DNA of 32,000 bases from Pyrodictium delaneyi (GTDB taxonomy: Archaea; Thermoproteota; Thermoprotei_A; Sulfolobales; Pyrodictiaceae). Location: the NCBI RefSeq assembly GCF_001412615.1, contig NZ_CP013011.1, forward strand, positions 330,001 through 362,000, given 5' to 3'. Below, piece by piece: positions 24,239 to 31,354 of this stretch (position 1 is the first letter of the stretch; the number at the start of each line of letters is the position of its first letter). Below the pieces are notes generated by a model, which did no database searches, had not been told where the DNA came from, and saw only the letters and a program-made list of their open reading frames with translations. Both the position numbers and the translations under genes were made by a program.

Positions 24239-25582
24239 GTGCCGAGGCTTGCTGGCGACTGGTTCATAGACTTGTTTACGGGTGAAGCTGAGAAGCTCAT
24301 AGAGTCACTACGGGGCAGGACTACTGCTAGACAAGGGCTCGGAGCCCCTCCCGCCTACTGGTGGATTCCTGGGCTTCCAGAGCCACATAGTAGTGGCGTA
24401 GTTGCTGCTGTTGACGGTGGTGGCGGGTTAGAGCCGCTGGGCGGTTTTGGAGCTGTGTACATTGCACGTGCTTATGGCTACGTGGAGGGCGGGGAGCCGG
24501 AACGGGGGCTTGAGCTACGCTTCTATCCCGTCCGGGAGCTACGGGTCCTGGATGCACTGCGGAGTTGGCTTGAGCACCGGGTGGCTGTGAGGCTCGTTTA
24601 CCGGCTACCGCCGGGTAGCGTACTATTGATGGATGGGAGTCTGTGGGCCACGGTTACTGCTGGACTTACTGCTGTTGCTAAGCTGGCTTCGCGGGGTGTA
24701 CAGAGCCTTGGCTGGGTCTATGCCGCGCTACTCAGCAGCTATATGCTCGCCGAGGTCTCTGAGCTAGTACGGTCTGCTAGGGAGCGGGGCATAACCATAG
24801 CCTATGTGTCGAAGGACCATGGGCTCCGCGCCCTAAAGGAGAAGGTGCTCCTAGAAGCTGTCGCTGAGAGGGTCCGTGCGCTCCAGCCTCTCGTCTCCCG
24901 TGCGCTAGACTACTATCCGCTCGCACTCCGTGAGCAACTCCTTGAAGCCCGGAGACTAGTGCCAAGCGAGCTCCGCGGCATATTCGACGCCGCGCTCGAC
25001 ATGAGCTACCGCGACACAGGGTTCATACAGGATACAACTGGCCCTGGACCTGGGTATAGCTGGCTCCTCCGCCTACCTCTACCCCAGAGGCTAAGCCAAG
25101 TAATCTCCCGCGGAGGATTGAAGGGACTAGTAGAGAGGGCTGCCGCTAAGGCTGAGGCGCTGCTGGCAGAGGAGCCGGAGGCCGAAGAGTTCCGCTCCCT
25201 AGCAGAGAGGCTTCCTCGGCTACTCGACGAGCTACCCGGTAGCCGGATGCTTTACGTGAGGCTCAATAGTAGCGATCACCCCTTGTTGGTAGAGCTGCCA
25301 GGAGAACCTGGCTGCTACTATTCCCCGGGCCGTGTCCTCGAAGAACCGGGCAGCATCATAGAAGAGGTTGTTGCCACCCTGCGGCGCGGGTACGCGGGCC
25401 CAGAATACTACAACATACCCCTAATAGCTGCACACATGAACGCTACTCTTTCCTCGAGTCAGTTAACTAGCTACATGAGGCTTCTCGAACAACTTGCCGC
25501 AGCCCGAGGGCTCCAGCTAAGACTAGCCCGCCGCAGCCTCATTGGCCGCAATCTTCCCCGCAGACGTCGACGACTCCTCTAG
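24239..25582 (+). CDS. nurA: NurA-family 5'-3' nuclease paralog (solitary)
   Basis: The four NurA blocks are recognisable: VAAVDGGGG, VLLMDGSLW, AYVSKDHG and YNIPLIAAHMNATLS. Compare Sulfolobus NurA FVAIDGGS, YILMDGSL, WISKVSRG and YPFPLLKAHMDVRFS, recalled from memory. 447 aa, GTG start. Confidence 0.8.
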   Translation: MPRLAGDWFIDLFTGEAEKLIESLRGRTTARQGLGAPPAYWWIPGLPEPHSSGVVAAVDGGGGLEPLGGFGAVYIARAYGYVEGGEPERGLELRFYPVRELRVLDALRSWLEHRVAVRLVYRLPPGSVLLMDGSLWATVTAGLTAVAKLASRGVQSLGWVYAALLSSYMLAEVSELVRSARERGITIAYVSKDHGLRALKEKVLLEAVAERVRALQPLVSRALDYYPLALREQLLEARRLVPSELRGIFDAALDMSYRDTGFIQDTTGPGPGYSWLLRLPLPQRLSQVISRGGLKGLVERAAAKAEALLAEEPEAEEFRSLAERLPRLLDELPGSRMLYVRLNSSDHPLLVELPGEPGCYYSPGRVLEEPGSIIEEVVATLRRGYAGPEYYNIPLIAAHMNATLSSSQLTSYMRLLEQLAAARGLQLRLARRSLIGRNLPRRRRRLL

Positions 25583-26137
25583 CACACCTGTAGCCAGTAT
25601 ATAGAGTAATGATAACACTACTAGGACCCCGGCAAGCACTAAGGCTAGCCAGGCACCCAACTCCATGAACCGCGAGGTCTCTACAACTTCTCTACCGAGG
25701 ACTATGAGCCCTGCACTCGTTCTAAGCTGGTAACTTCCTGTTAGCATATCCACACCTCTTTCGAGGAGTCTAAGTAGGGCCCGGAGTACTCCAGCAGCAA
25801 CTAGCGCTATGAGCGAAGCCGTAAACGCCGCTATAGATGCTGTCCCCGGCCGTGCATTTCTTAGCACGATATAAGCTTGTGCAAGGCCAGTCTCCAATGC
25901 TAATAAAGCGGCTGCTAGTACTGGAACGCTGTATACTCTCGCTGCCTCGAAAACCTGTACCTGAACAGGGTTACCTAGGAACCAAACATGGTACCAGAGT
26001 AGCGCTATCCTTGCCTCTACGGGGCCCCGAAGACTGTACAGCGGCTCAATAAGATATAGCACCATGACGACACCATAGAGCCAGAATATGAATGCTAAAA
26101 CTGCTGCTAGTAGTCGTGGCTGTAAGTGAAGCCTCAT
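25523..26137 (-). CDS. Polytopic membrane protein (204 aa, about 4-5 TM), unknown function
   Basis: Hydrophobic helices (LLAAVLAFIFWLYGVVMVLYLI, VPVLAAALLALETGLAQAYIVL, IAAFTASLIALVAAGVL, LGAWLALVLAGVLVVLSLLYILA). Starts 11 nt after the signal-peptidase stop. Its 3' end overlaps the convergent NurA gene by 60 nt. Confidence 0.6.
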   Translation of the reverse strand: MRLHLQPRLLAAVLAFIFWLYGVVMVLYLIEPLYSLRGPVEARIALLWYHVWFLGNPVQVQVFEAARVYSVPVLAAALLALETGLAQAYIVLRNARPGTASIAAFTASLIALVAAGVLRALLRLLERGVDMLTGSYQLRTSAGLIVLGREVVETSRFMELGAWLALVLAGVLVVLSLLYILATGVLEESSTSAGKIAANEAAAG

Positions 26138-26148
26138 GACTTAGTAAC

Positions 26149-27264
26149 TCACCTCCTACATGTGGCTGCTAGTCTAGTCTCAACGATGTCGCCACCGAGC
26201 CACTGGTAGCGAGCCACCACATAGACGCGATCGTGACCTCGTTCTAGCGGGATAGTTACTATAGACCATGGATCGACTTTAAGTGGTGTGCTCTGTAAAT
26301 TACTCTCCTCGTATCTTGTACCCGGGCCTGGGATGACATCCAAGTAGTATATTGTCGTGTTCACATCCAGGGGTACCGGATTCATGTTCTTCACGACAAT
26401 GGTTGTACAGTTGAGTTTAAGTATAGGCTTCTTCCAGGGCACTCTTATTGTATAATCCGCTAAAAGGAATCCATACGACAGCGTAGCCGTGAATGATAAT
26501 TTGTATTCTATTATACCTGTCATGAATAATTCTTGATAGAACAGCTGTGGTACGTGGACATAGACTGTATCCCCGGGCAAAAGGTAGGGTGAGCAATGAC
26601 TCGTTATACCGTCTCCAGCTACTGTGCAGTTTTGTATATCCATCAGCACCGTGTTTTCAACATTGTATTTAATTAGGACGGAACCTCTCTCGAGAGCTAT
26701 ATGTTTAAGCGTTATCATGGGCATCATCGACTCTATGGAGGACGACTGGGGCGGTATAGGTGCTAATATTGGTGCACCCAAAGTGAACACTATATAGAGT
26801 GTTACAGCAAACACTGAGGCAGCCTCCACAGCTTCAATTCCTGTAACAGCGGCACGTGCTATGTTTGTAAGCCAGTATACAGCGAGCGGAGCTATGATGG
26901 CGGCTACAGCAATGCGCGGAATACGAGCTACCACCACGTACTTCACCGCCGAGAGCGGTACAGGTTGGTCAGGTACAGGGTTAGCATCACCTTTGGTCAC
27001 CGCCATACCATCCTGGATGTCTACTAAACGATGCATAACACAGTGTGTATACCCCGTACACCATAGAACAACGTCTCCTATACGGGGCTGTTTCTTCGCG
27101 AGGATGACTAGATCGCCAAGCATATAGTTAGGTTCCATGGAGCGGCCGGCAACGACCGCCAGAGCTAGGGGTGCATCCAGAAGTCTAGCAAAGGATAGAG
27201 CTACGAATACGAGTATTATAGAAACTGTTATCAAATTCATGATGTCTCTGAATCTGCTCTCCAA
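26149..27264 (-). CDS. Type I signal peptidase (S26B, Sec11/SipW-like) fused to two TM helices and a ~200-aa extracytoplasmic C-terminal domain
   Basis: N-terminal TM, then catalytic boxes VVAGRSMEP (Ser), CVMHRLV (His) and TKGDANPVPD. Hydrophobic helices follow (IAVAAIIAPLAVYWL, ASVFAVTLYIVFTLGAPILAPI), then a beta-rich Cys-containing domain with sequons (NCT twice, NTT). The start is either the TTG at 27264 or the ATG at 27240. Confidence 0.8.
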   Translation of the reverse strand: MESRFRDIMNLITVSIILVFVALSFARLLDAPLALAVVAGRSMEPNYMLGDLVILAKKQPRIGDVVLWCTGYTHCVMHRLVDIQDGMAVTKGDANPVPDQPVPLSAVKYVVVARIPRIAVAAIIAPLAVYWLTNIARAAVTGIEAVEAASVFAVTLYIVFTLGAPILAPIPPQSSSIESMMPMITLKHIALERGSVLIKYNVENTVLMDIQNCTVAGDGITSHCSPYLLPGDTVYVHVPQLFYQELFMTGIIEYKLSFTATLSYGFLLADYTIRVPWKKPILKLNCTTIVVKNMNPVPLDVNTTIYYLDVIPGPGTRYEESNLQSTPLKVDPWSIVTIPLERGHDRVYVVARYQWLGGDIVETRLAATCRR

Positions 27265-27381
27265 GGAACGTCGAGCCCCATAGTCGTTATGACCTGGCTA
27301 TACCCGTAGTGTCAGCCCCAACTGCTGAGGGTTATAGGAGGTCAGTCTCCCAAGCCGAATCATGGAAAGATTCTGAAAATC

Positions 27382-27388
27382 AAAAAAA
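27382..27388 (-). terminator. T7 tract (A7 on the plus strand) about 45 nt downstream of the family-5 SBP stop
   Basis: On the coding (minus) strand the sequence reads TGTTTTTTTGATTTTC immediately after the SBP gene. Confidence 0.5.
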
Positions 27389-27430
27389 CAATATGAGATA
27401 ATCTTTTGTGTCCAACTTAGCTCGCTTTTG

Positions 27431-29101
27431 CTAGCCTGTGGTCTTGTAGATTATGTAGTACTGTAGCAGCATCGACGGACCAACTTTTACGCCTTCGATG
27501 TTCTTCTGTGTAACCACGTAGAGCTTGCCCTGCAATAGCGGTATGAAGGGTACGTCTTCGGCTAATATCTGCTGGACCTTCTCGTAGAGTTTGGCGCGCT
27601 CCTGCTGGTCAGTGAGTACAGCAGCCTCGTCTAGGAGCTTGTCTACCTCGGGGTTGGTATAGCCCGTGCCGGTCCACTTGTTGGCGCCGCTGTGGAGGAA
27701 TGGTGTCAGGAAGTTGTCGGGGTCTACGTAGTCTGGGTACCAGCCTAGTAGAGAGAGCATCATCTGGCCACTGCGTAGCTGCTTGACGTAGGTCGCCCAC
27801 TCGCTGCTCTTCAGCTCTACCTCTATTACGCCGGTGCGTTCTAGCTGCTCCTTGATGAGCTGTGCTAGGTCTGCCTCGGTGTCGCCATAGTGTGTTGGAG
27901 TGTACCAAAGCTCTACCTTGAGCTTATTGTTTTCGTCGTATCCAGCCTGCTTGAGTAATTGCTTAGCGAGCTCTATGTTGCCGTCACCGTACTTCTCCTT
28001 GAAGACGTCTATGTGGCTCCAGAGCCCCTTAGGCACCATGCTGTAGAGAGGCTCCATGGTCCCCATGAATACTACATCTGCTAGCTCAGTGCGATCGATG
28101 GCTGCCGCTATAGCCTGACGTACTAGCTTCTCGCTGGTAGGCTCCATCTTTGTGTTGACTACTATGTAGCGTATGAAGCTACCAGGGACCTCTATTACCT
28201 TGAACCTGTTGTCTGCCTCTAGCTCGCGGTAGTCGTTGGGCCGTAGCGTCCTCCACGCTATGTCTATTTCGCCGTTCTCGAGGGCTAGGCGGAGGGTTGT
28301 GGCATCCTTGTAGAAGCGTATTATCACTGTGGGTGTCTTTGGCTTCTCGCCGTAGTAGTAGGGATTGGCCTCAAGGATTATGTACTCGTCGCGCTTAAAT
28401 TCCTTGATGCAGTATGGCCCGGCGCCGCCCCAGGTGGCGTCGCTCACTATCTGGTCTACGGGGTACTCGGGTGATACTGGGAAGTATGGCGGCGTGGCTA
28501 CGACTGCTAGGAAGAAGCCGACAGGCTTCTTGAGCGTGAACTTGACTGTGTAGTCGTCAAGGGCCTCGACCTTCTCAACGAACTCTGTTACTAGCCAGGA
28601 GGGGTCACCTTGTAGCTTCATCACCCTTTCTATGCTGCGGACCACGTCCTGGGCCTTCACTGGGGTGCCGTCACAGAACTTTGCATCCTTGCGTAGGTGA
28701 AATATCCATACTTTGCCGTTCTCCTTGACTTCCCAGCTCTCGGCTAGGGCTGGTACTATCTTGTCGGTGCCAGGCTCATACTTTACTAGACCCTCCATTA
28801 TGTTGTTGAGAACCTCCCATGTGAAGAAGTCGTAGGCGTTAGCGGGGTCTAGGTCTGTAACCTTGTCCGTTGTGCCTATGACTATCCTCTCGGCTAGTTG
28901 CGCGGTAGGTGCTGTAGTCTCTGCAGCCTGTGTAGTTGTCTCCGTCGCTGCCGGTCCGGTCTCCGCGGGCGCTGTAGTCTCTGCTACAGTCGTCTCCGGG
29001 GCTTCTGTGGGCGCAGGTTGTCCACCGCGCAGGACTAAGGCTGCGCCTACAACGATGAGGAGTAGGACTAGACCAGCTATTATGAGCGTTGTCTTCTGCA
29101 T
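27431..29101 (-). CDS. ABC transporter substrate-binding protein, family 5 (oligopeptide/dipeptide/nickel, OppA/DppA type)
   Basis: N-terminal anchor TLIIAGLVLLLIVVGAAL and a Thr/Ala/Glu/Pro linker (APETTVAETTAPAETGPAATETTTQAAETTAPTAQ). A typical family-5 fold sequence follows (VIGTTDKVTDLDPANAYD..., WYPDYVDPDNFL). Confidence 0.9.
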   Translation of the reverse strand: MQKTTLIIAGLVLLLIVVGAALVLRGGQPAPTEAPETTVAETTAPAETGPAATETTTQAAETTAPTAQLAERIVIGTTDKVTDLDPANAYDFFTWEVLNNIMEGLVKYEPGTDKIVPALAESWEVKENGKVWIFHLRKDAKFCDGTPVKAQDVVRSIERVMKLQGDPSWLVTEFVEKVEALDDYTVKFTLKKPVGFFLAVVATPPYFPVSPEYPVDQIVSDATWGGAGPYCIKEFKRDEYIILEANPYYYGEKPKTPTVIIRFYKDATTLRLALENGEIDIAWRTLRPNDYRELEADNRFKVIEVPGSFIRYIVVNTKMEPTSEKLVRQAIAAAIDRTELADVVFMGTMEPLYSMVPKGLWSHIDVFKEKYGDGNIELAKQLLKQAGYDENNKLKVELWYTPTHYGDTEADLAQLIKEQLERTGVIEVELKSSEWATYVKQLRSGQMMLSLLGWYPDYVDPDNFLTPFLHSGANKWTGTGYTNPEVDKLLDEAAVLTDQQERAKLYEKVQQILAEDVPFIPLLQGKLYVVTQKNIEGVKVGPSMLLQYYIIYKTTG

Positions 29102-29124
29102 AATCTGCCCACCATATTCCCTAT

Positions 29125-29135
29125 TCTAAAATTTC
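29125..29135. promoter_or_regulatory. Single AT-rich TATA-like element (TCTAAAATTTC) in the 47-bp divergent spacer
   Basis: The only AT-rich element between the divergent starts at 29101 and 29149. About 29 nt from the minus-strand ATG and 19 nt from the plus-strand ATG. Confidence 0.4.
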
Positions 29136-29148
29136 TTCACGCGGGTAT

Positions 29149-31254
29149 ATGGTTACACTCGGGGATATGAAAGCCTTATCCTCAACTGGCCGGACGGGCC
29201 AGCTTCAAGGCTACGAGGATATAGTGCTGCGCCCTCACGATCATGTCCCGGGGGTGCCAGGCCTGGTGTTTGAGCAGCAAAAACCCATACCGGTCATGGT
29301 TGTGCTCCGTGGCCGTGTTGTTGTTGCCCGTGTGCCGCGTGTCGCCTCCCGCTGGCTCGGCGGTCTCCTGGTGGAGCTTGAAACCGGGGTACAAGTACAT
29401 CTTCTCATGCCTGGCGCTATTGCCCGGTGGCTGCATAGAGGGGAGAGGGTAGAGGTAAGGTTCCTCGAGGAGCCCGAACGTGTCAATGGAGTCTATGTCG
29501 CGCCGAGGGATTCCTATGAGCTGTGGAGGATCTGGGGTAGCGAGCAGAGAGAGGAGCGGGTCAAAGTCTGGCCTCCGTGGAGGCGCGAAGCTCGGCTAGA
29601 GCGGGAGAGTTTCCTCGGGGAGAGGGTCTACGAGTACCGCGTTGTAGCCCGCGAGGCCGTCACGGAGGATGATTTTCGAGAGATAGTAGGTCTCGAGCAA
29701 TATCATTATGCTAGCAGGGAGGAGGTCGTAGCGATATGGAGATGCCCTGTCTGCGGCAACTACGCTGAGGCTAACGTGCAGCCCACCTGCCCCCGTTGCG
29801 GTGTGCCGATGAAGCTCCAGGAGATACGTGGAAGCCTCCCTTCGAGCAGGTTCATGGTCCTCGAGCTGGCCTCCAGGGAGCCCTACGAGCCAAGGATAGT
29901 GGCCTATGTCCGGGTTGACACACCTATACCGTTGATGCACCGCCGCATAGTCAAGGAGGATGGAGGTGTAGAGATAGAACGGATGATAAGGGAGCGGGTG
30001 TTCCCGAAGGACTGGTTCCACCCCACATTCTGGCCCCTTGCCTACACGCGACGGGCTGAGCTGCGGAAACGGTTCCAGGAGCTAGCCGAGCTCTATGGCT
30101 CCCGCCGCATCGCTCGTGCCGTCGTGGGCGAGGAGATAGCTGAGGAGGCTCTCCGCCGCGCAAACACCGCTGCCGCGCGTATAGCACGTGTTGTGGTCCA
30201 CCCCGACTACCGTGGCGACGGGCTCGGCGTCCTAGCAGTGAAGATGGCGCTTGAATGGATACGGGAGCGCCGCATCCCAGAGATGAAGAGGAGGAAACAT
30301 GTAGTCGAGACCATAGCCCAGATGGCGCGGTTCAACCCGTTCTTCGAGAGGGCCGGGTTCCGCTACATGTGGGACACGGCTAGCGGCCGCCCTGTGCTAA
30401 TGTACCCGCTCACCGAGGAAGCTCGGAAGAGGATAGAGGAGTTCCTTGAGAAGGACCCCTATGCCCGCCGCCACGGTGGCAAACTTTTCCGTCCACGCTA
30501 TGGCGGTGTTGAGCCTCTTTCAGGGCCGATAAAGCTAGTCAACCTCACCAAGATCTACCGTAGCGAGCTAGACGTCTCCAGACTCCCACCCGAACTACAA
30601 GACGTATTGCGCGCCTTTGGCGCCGAGAGGAGGCGAGTAGAACGCTACGTGCTGCGCAACACGAGCTTCGAGATAAAGCCAGGCGAGGTAGTCGCAGTGG
30701 TAGGCGCTAGCGGCGCAGGAAAGACCACCCTGTTACGCATGATTATAGGCGCTGCGCTGGGCGCCAGGGACGAGAACTACCAGCCGAGCCAGGGCAGGGT
30801 AGAGGTGCCGAACAACGTTAAGCTCGCCGCGTTACTGCCCGGGGAGATGGAACCGGTGTTCGGCAGCGAGACTCTGCTAGAACACGTAGCCCGTAAGATA
30901 GGAGACCCAGCCGCGGCTGTAGAGATACTCAACGCCGTCGGGCTGAGCGATGCAATATTCTACCGCGCCCGGTTCGACGAGCTCTCCACTGGCCAGAAAG
31001 AGCGGGCCCGGCTAGCAAGCCTCCTCGCAGAGAGGCCCAACCTACTGGTCATAGACGAGTTTACTGCCCACCTGGATCGTCTGACAGCGCAGAGGGTTGC
31101 CCGTAAGCTGAGCAGCCTAGCACGTCGCGTAGGCATAACCCTGGTGGTCTCCACTAACCGGCCAGAAGTGCTCCAGGCGCTAGCACCGGACAAGGTGGTG
31201 CTCGTCGGCTACGGCACGGCAGTAGTAGCGGAAGAGAGGACTGGGGCCCGGTAG
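29149..31254 (+). CDS. Multidomain fusion: N-terminal domain of unknown function, zinc ribbon, GNAT acetyltransferase and a single ABC-type ATPase domain (COG2401-like)
   Basis: Zinc ribbon CPVCGNYAEANVQPTCPRCG (aa 199-217). GNAT motif A RIARVVVHPDYRGDGLGVLAV (aa ~345-365). ABC Walker A GASGAGKTT (aa 519-527), signature LSTGQKERARLA, and Walker B LLVIDEF. The usual H-loop His position reads VVSTNRPE. The start could alternatively be the ATG at 29167. Confidence 0.8.
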   Translation: MVTLGDMKALSSTGRTGQLQGYEDIVLRPHDHVPGVPGLVFEQQKPIPVMVVLRGRVVVARVPRVASRWLGGLLVELETGVQVHLLMPGAIARWLHRGERVEVRFLEEPERVNGVYVAPRDSYELWRIWGSEQREERVKVWPPWRREARLERESFLGERVYEYRVVAREAVTEDDFREIVGLEQYHYASREEVVAIWRCPVCGNYAEANVQPTCPRCGVPMKLQEIRGSLPSSRFMVLELASREPYEPRIVAYVRVDTPIPLMHRRIVKEDGGVEIERMIRERVFPKDWFHPTFWPLAYTRRAELRKRFQELAELYGSRRIARAVVGEEIAEEALRRANTAAARIARVVVHPDYRGDGLGVLAVKMALEWIRERRIPEMKRRKHVVETIAQMARFNPFFERAGFRYMWDTASGRPVLMYPLTEEARKRIEEFLEKDPYARRHGGKLFRPRYGGVEPLSGPIKLVNLTKIYRSELDVSRLPPELQDVLRAFGAERRRVERYVLRNTSFEIKPGEVVAVVGASGAGKTTLLRMIIGAALGARDENYQPSQGRVEVPNNVKLAALLPGEMEPVFGSETLLEHVARKIGDPAAAVEILNAVGLSDAIFYRARFDELSTGQKERARLASLLAERPNLLVIDEFTAHLDRLTAQRVARKLSSLARRVGITLVVSTNRPEVLQALAPDKVVLVGYGTAVVAEERTGAR

Positions 31255-31354
31255 AGCCTTCACCCCCTCCACCTTATCGCGTCTGTCCTGGGGGCTTGTC
31301 CTGGCGGAGAAGCATAGCCCGGAGAGGCTCATAGTAGTAACCGGCGTCTCCGGG

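Noticed and set aside
24327-24965. Minus-strand ORFs inside the NurA gene (24327-24557, 24777-24965)
   Set aside because: Pro/Arg/His-rich shadows. The plus frame shows all NurA blocks.
27609-29129. Alternate-frame or antisense ORFs in the family-5 SBP gene (27609-27908, 28365-28553, 28863-29129)
   Set aside because: Nested in a confidently identified 556-aa SBP gene. 28863-29129 is the antisense of the Thr/Ala/Glu linker and anchor.
29182-30187. Overlapping ORFs within the 5' half of the GNAT-ABC gene (29182-29436, 29241-29486, 29243-29452, 29596-30021, 29951-30187)
   Set aside because: None has motifs. The long plus frame is continuous through the zinc ribbon, GNAT and ABC motifs. The N-terminal ~190 aa of the long ORF are admittedly supported only by continuity.
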